A program made the translations under genes and the position numbers. Shown here piece by piece: positions 58,899 to 64,000 of a DNA stretch of 64,000 nucleotides (positions are counted from its first letter, which is position 1; the number at the start of each line of letters is the position of its first letter). The notes under the pieces are model-generated. The model had not been told where the DNA came from. It made no database searches and saw only the letters and a list, made by a program, of their open reading frames with translations. Source of the stretch: Fimicolochytrium jonesii (lineage: Eukaryota); assembly GCF_025526975.1 (NCBI RefSeq), contig NW_026515668.1:1674001-1738000 (forward strand), in the 5' to 3' direction.

Positions 58899-60948
58899 AT
58901 GGCCGTATCAGCATCAGCCCCCGTCGCCCGTGAGGCTATCCAAGCCGCTATCCTATCAGCACTCGAAAAGGACAGAGGAATCGCAAACACAGAAGGCTTC
59001 AAGGTCAAGGGTACGCCGGTTGACCAGGCCGAAATTATCGGTCTCTTGAAGAGTTTAGAGTCTCGCGAGGTTGGTAGAAGACTGGAGGGAAGCGGCAGAG
59101 ACGGGGAGTCGGTATCTCGACATATATCGGCTGAAGGCGTTAAGGACATGGAAGCCGCGAACGCCCCAAAACGTCAACAAAGCTAACCCCGACAACTCGG
59201 AATGTTCCTAGATCGTCACATACGAAGCAATTGAAGACGAGTGGCTAGAGCTGACGGAAGAAGGAGCAGATATTGCTGACCATGGAAGTTACGAGGCTCG
59301 TGTCTTCCACGCTGTGCCGAGCGGGAATGAGCCGATTTCGGTCCCTGATCTCAAGGTTCGTTGTGCAAGCCTCAAAGTTTAGCGAGGCCGGGAGGAGACG
59401 CTTATCCGGGAACCTATATAATAGGAAAAGCTTGGGCAAATAGCACAGTTCGGTCAAGGCCGCGCGATCAAAAACAAGTGGATTAAGAAGGAGGGTGCCG
59501 GGTTCGTCAAAGCCGTGGAGAAGATCGACGATGAAAGCCAGAAATTGCTGCAGAGGATCCGGTCGGAGAGGAAACACAGTGACGAAAAGGTTGTGAAGGA
59601 GCTCAAGAAACAGAAGCACGTTACGCCTATCAAGTCGTTGAGCTACAGTGTGAAGAAGGGTGTTAAGTTCACGACAGATGTGCGGAAGGAGGATACGGAT
59701 GTTACGGAGGAGATGTTGAAATCGTGAGTGGAGAAGGGGCATGAATCGAATGCATTCGGACGGACAACGGAATCTGATCGACTTCTTGTTTTGATCGTTC
59801 ACAGTGGGGACTGGAAGAACGCCACCTTCAAAAAATACAATTTCAACGCCGAAGGCGTCCAACCACGCTGCGGCTCCCTGCACCCCCTCCTGAAAGTCCG
59901 CGAAGAATACCGCCAAATCTTCCTCGAACTCGGCTTCAGCGAGATGCCGACCGCCAAATACGTCGAATCCTCCTTCTGGAACTTCGACGCCCTCTTCCAA
60001 CCCCAACAACACCCCGCCCGCGACGCCCACGACACCTTCTTCCTCTCCGACCCCGCCACATCCGACCGCTTTCCCAAGGACTACCTGGAGCGCGTAAAGA
60101 AGGTCCACTCGGAAGGCGGATATGGGTCGATTGGGTATGGGTACGACTGGCAGCAGAAGGAGGCGGAGAAGCTGCTGCTCCGGACGCACACGACTGCGAT
60201 CAGTTCGAAGATGCTGTATGACCTTGCGCAGGAATATAAGCGCACGGGTGTGTGGAGGGACGTGAAGTGGTTCAGTATCGACAAAGTTTTCAGGAATGAG
60301 ACCCTGGACGCGACGCATTTGGCGGAGTTTCACCAGGTTGAGGGTGTGGTTGCTGGCAAGGGTTTGACGTTGGGAGACCTCATTGGCACGCTTCACAACT
60401 TCTTCAAGAAGCTCGGTAAGTCAACCAACACCCAAGTTTTCAAACACCGTACATATATTGTACTCATAGTGGGTCCGCATGTTCATAGGCATCGAAAAAA
60501 TGCGCTTCAAACCCGCGTACAACCCCTACACCGAGCCCAGCATGGAAATTTTTGCCTGGCACGACGGGCTAGCGCGGTGGGTCGAAATCGGTGCGTAACT
60601 GAGAGTTCGGAGATTTGACCCTGCGTCCTCCAGAGCGGAAATGCTGACATCTGTTTTTGGTTGTTTAGGCAACTCGGGCATGTTCCGCCCCGAAATGCTC
60701 CTCCCCATGGGTCTTCCCGAGGACGTGTCGGTGATTGCGTGGGGCCTGTCGACCGAGCGGCCGACGATGATCAAGACCGGGGTGGATAATATCAGGAAGT
60801 TGGCGGGGCATAAGTGTGATTTGGCGTTCTTGAATCGGGATCCGATTGCGAGGTGTGTATTGGGGAGGGTCGAGTCTTGATGTGTGGGTGTCTTGGAGAA
60901 TGGGAGGTGCTGATATGTGATCTTACTTTTCTTAGGTTGGACAAGTGA
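58899..60948 (+). CDS. FRS2: Cytoplasmic phenylalanine-tRNA ligase alpha subunit, multi-exon
   Basis: [88 protein letters not shown]. Confidence 0.97.
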
Positions 60949-61390
60949 GCCCGACTTCCGCCCTCTCACGCGCACACGCAATCCGGGACGAACACCACGT
61001 AACACAATCCCCCAACCCGCTGCAAAACCACGTACCACTCCGAAGCACAACCATTTCATTCCTCCTTCCCCTCATTCCTCAGATTGACGTCTTACCCGCG
61101 GGCTGTACATTTATCATCTCCTTTCTTCGCATATCAAATACAATGCGGTACATCGCAAGAAGTAGTGTCGAGGAAACACCGAAATGATTGATTAATCTGC
61201 ATCTGCCGTGAATACCCATCAGAAAGCGAGATATGTCAAAAAGGGGATATCATTTTCCGTACCAAGCGTATCTACAAAAAGACGTAACCCAATTACACAC
61301 AAAACTCGTCAACAGAAGACTACACGACAAAGAAGCACCATTGTCCGGACGTAATACAGCTACTGGCAAAGCGGAACACTACCAAAAACC

Positions 61391-61411
61391 AAAAAAAAAA
61401 AAAAAAAAAAA
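61391..61411. repeat. Poly(A)21 tract between the convergent FRS2 and MFS 3' ends
   Basis: Direct reading. Confidence 0.9.
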
Positions 61412-61525
61412 CTCAGAGGGAAGCCATCTAGGCCGCAGACACGATTGAGAACGAGACCCGAAGTGCGAAACATCCCCTAGCGGTTCCTCCCCTCACAGCG
61501 CAGGGTATAAATATATATATACCCG

Positions 61526-63615
61526 TCAAACGTCCAGCTCCTCCTTCTTGGCGCCGTCCTCCTCCTCATGCAGCCCACTCACGACCTTCTCAGCCCTCAC
61601 CCCCAGCAGACTGATCCCCCAGGCGAGCACAAACAACGCGGCGACAATCTCGATGAACAGATTGCTCCACCGCGTCCCGACCGTCGCGGCCCAGATCGGG
61701 GGGAAGATGAACTGGGAGAGGATGACGGCGATCTGGTCGGCGAGTTGGATGCCTGAAAAGAGACGGCCTTGCTGCGAGGGCGGCGTGGAGCGGGAGAGGA
61801 GGGAGCGGAGCGTGGGTTTTGCGAGGACGCCGAAGCCGGAGAATATTGTTACTGGGATGGGTGGGGAGAGCGAAGATTGGATTTAGGAAAGGGGGCGGTT
61901 ATGGTGAGAGGGGGATGTGGGGAACTCACCGACGTAGACCATCCACCCCTCGGTGACGAACCCCATGACGATCCAGCTGACGGCCATCGTGAACATGCCG
62001 ATGCGCACGATGGAGACGTCGAAGCGGACTTTGCGGAGGACCGTCTGCGGGTCGTCTCGTTCAACCACCGGTGTCGAGCCCGTTTCCGGAGCCGGAGCCG
62101 TAGCCGTGGAGTCGTTCAACAGCGGCTGTGTTTCCGTCGCACTCTCATCATCCTCCACGACGACGGCTCCAGCCCTCTTCCGCTCCTTGACAAACCGATC
62201 CAGCAAACCCCCCACACCCAACATCCACACCAACCGCGTGACACTCATGTACAGCAAGAAAACCCCCTCATCATACGCATCCCACCCAAACTCATACGTC
62301 GCATAAAAGAAGAAATTCATCACCCCGCCAATACACACCGCCGTGATGAACAGGATGCTGACGAGGTATGTCCGGGGTGGACGGAAGAGGAGGGTGAAGG
62401 TTGAGAAGATGCCGGTTATGGAGTGCAGGGGGGACGGTTGGGGGGTGGTGGAGGTGGATGCGGGCGACTTGGAGAGGGATTCGGGAAGGATGAAGATGAT
62501 GTAGAGAAGGACGATGAGTTTGCCGATCACGGCGACGTAAAAGACTCCGATAAGGCCTGATGGCATGATCTGGGGATAGAAAGGTGGGTGAGTCAGGCGC
62601 CTTCAACGACGAATCAAAGAAACGCAGAAGAATGCGCCGCCACCGAGATTCGAAGTGCACCCTTCCTCCATCAAACACCATCAATGACCGATGGTTGGAC
62701 ACCCTGCTCGCTCCGCTCGCCATGGGCAGCGGTGGGCGGAGCGTGCTCGCTTCCCTCGCTTACCTTGGACAGCAACCCCCCAAAGTACGGGCCCGCCATG
62801 AGTGACCCATACATGAGAGCCTCAAACAGAACAAACACCTTGCTCCTCCTATCGGGCGACACTGTATCCGCGAGGTACGAGTACGCAATCATGACAATCG
62901 CGGTATAACCGCCCATGAGTCCCTGCAAGACATGCACCGGAAGTAAAACCCACAAGCCCACATCAAACTGCGCGACCGCCAAGATCGCAAGTATCCCAAT
63001 CAACCCCGAGATCGCAGGCAAGAAAAACATAGGCCTCCGCCCAATCCTGTCAGAAAGCGTTCCGATGACGGGAGTGGCGAGTAGAGCGGGAAAGGCGGTG
63101 GCGAGTTGGATGACCATTGTCCATTTCGCGGTGAGGGCTTGGACGTCGGGCATTGTGCGGCATACTGCGAAATCAGGTAATGGGCGGCCGCCGAGGGGGT
63201 TGTCCGAGTCTCCAGCGCCGAGACTACCACTCGTGCCGGAGTCTGAGCCGTCCCAGATTGTGGAGCAGAGGTAGACGAGGAGGAATTGTTGGGTTGGGAC
63301 GCCGATGACGCTGAAGGAGAACATGGACATGAAGAGGGGGAAAGCGACTTGCCATGGTGACGGTGTTTTTGTGGTTTGGGGTGGGAGAGAGTCGGCTTCT
63401 AGTGGTGGTGGTGGTGGTGGACGAGAAGGTTGGGAGGTGAGGACGCTGAGGGGGGCGACGGGTGGGGGTATTTGGGGTGTTGCGGAAGAATTGAGAGGGG
63501 TTGTTTCCGAGGCGGGTGGAGCGTTGGAGACCGCCATGGTTGGGTGCTTCAGCAACGGAGTGGGTTCAGAATGTTCAGCAGAAGGTAGACATGGGGCTGG
63601 GAGTGGAGGGAGCAT
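61526..63615 (-). CDS. MFS transporter (SLC46/tetracycline-resistance-like), multi-exon; start at 63615 or 63537
   Basis: GTLSDRIGRRP (MFS motif A), AYSYLADTVSPDRR, FILPESL, YATYEFGWDAYDEG, QGRLFSGIQL. Confidence 0.9.
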
Positions 63616-63983
63616 ACGGTTGCTGGCTGGCTGGGGGTTGACGTGTGGGCAGGTGTTCCTTATATGGAGGTGCCATAGTGCGTGGCTGCCGGAGTTGCGA
63701 AGGGTGGAGTGTTCCTCTTTTGGAGTGGAATGACGCGTGGGCGTGACTCGTCGGAGTCTCCCTGCTGCTGCTTTTGTTTGGTTGCCGCTCGCTCGCAGGG
63801 GAGTGCAACAAGCCCCCATCCATTCAAAATAGCCTCCCTCCGAGGACAGTCTGAGGAGTCAGGACAGCCGATCGCGCGTCGCGTCCCCCAACCAGTTAAG
63901 TTCCCAACGGTGACGTTTGCATGATGGAGTTTTGTGTTCCCCTTCTGCATATCCATCCTGCATATCATGGCCCTCCAGCAAGT

Positions 63984-64000
63984 CCCCCCCCCCCCCCCCC
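63984..64000. repeat. Poly(C) run at the window edge
   Basis: 17 consecutive C residues, truncated by the window. Confidence 0.85.

Noticed and set aside
59245..60396. 383-aa minus-strand ORF
   Set aside because: Antisense shadow of FRS2 caused by codon bias.

Overview
Eukaryotic, gene-dense and intron-rich genomic DNA with short GT-AG introns. The gene content (RABL3, a Dpy-30/DYDC-like protein, a B-box protein, a Cache-HAMP membrane protein, plus fungal ERG9, SOM1, BUD13 and MIS12) suggests a zoosporic early-diverging fungus such as a chytrid; this is an inference. About 27 protein-coding loci are supported, plus a frameshifted Tc1/mariner transposase relic and several micro/minisatellites. 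I recognised no rRNA, tRNA or CRISPR array. The most notable gene (minus strand, about 13.9-19.1 kb) encodes a prokaryote-type amino-methyltransferase (FSGRG and HPPY motifs, probably N6-adenine or N4-cytosine DNA). It sits behind three Tudor/chromo-barrel domains, two ZZ fingers, an extended PHD finger and a GATA finger, and is followed by a second, degenerate MTase fold. Other highlights are a bacterial-style Cache-HAMP receptor with no output domain, a degenerate PARP-fold/B-box/coiled-coil protein, and a proteobacterial-type LOG enzyme with nine introns and an NLS-like tail. There is also a repeated C/A-rich to G/T-rich sawtooth in base composition that resets near introns. All exon boundaries were inferred by eye and are approximate.
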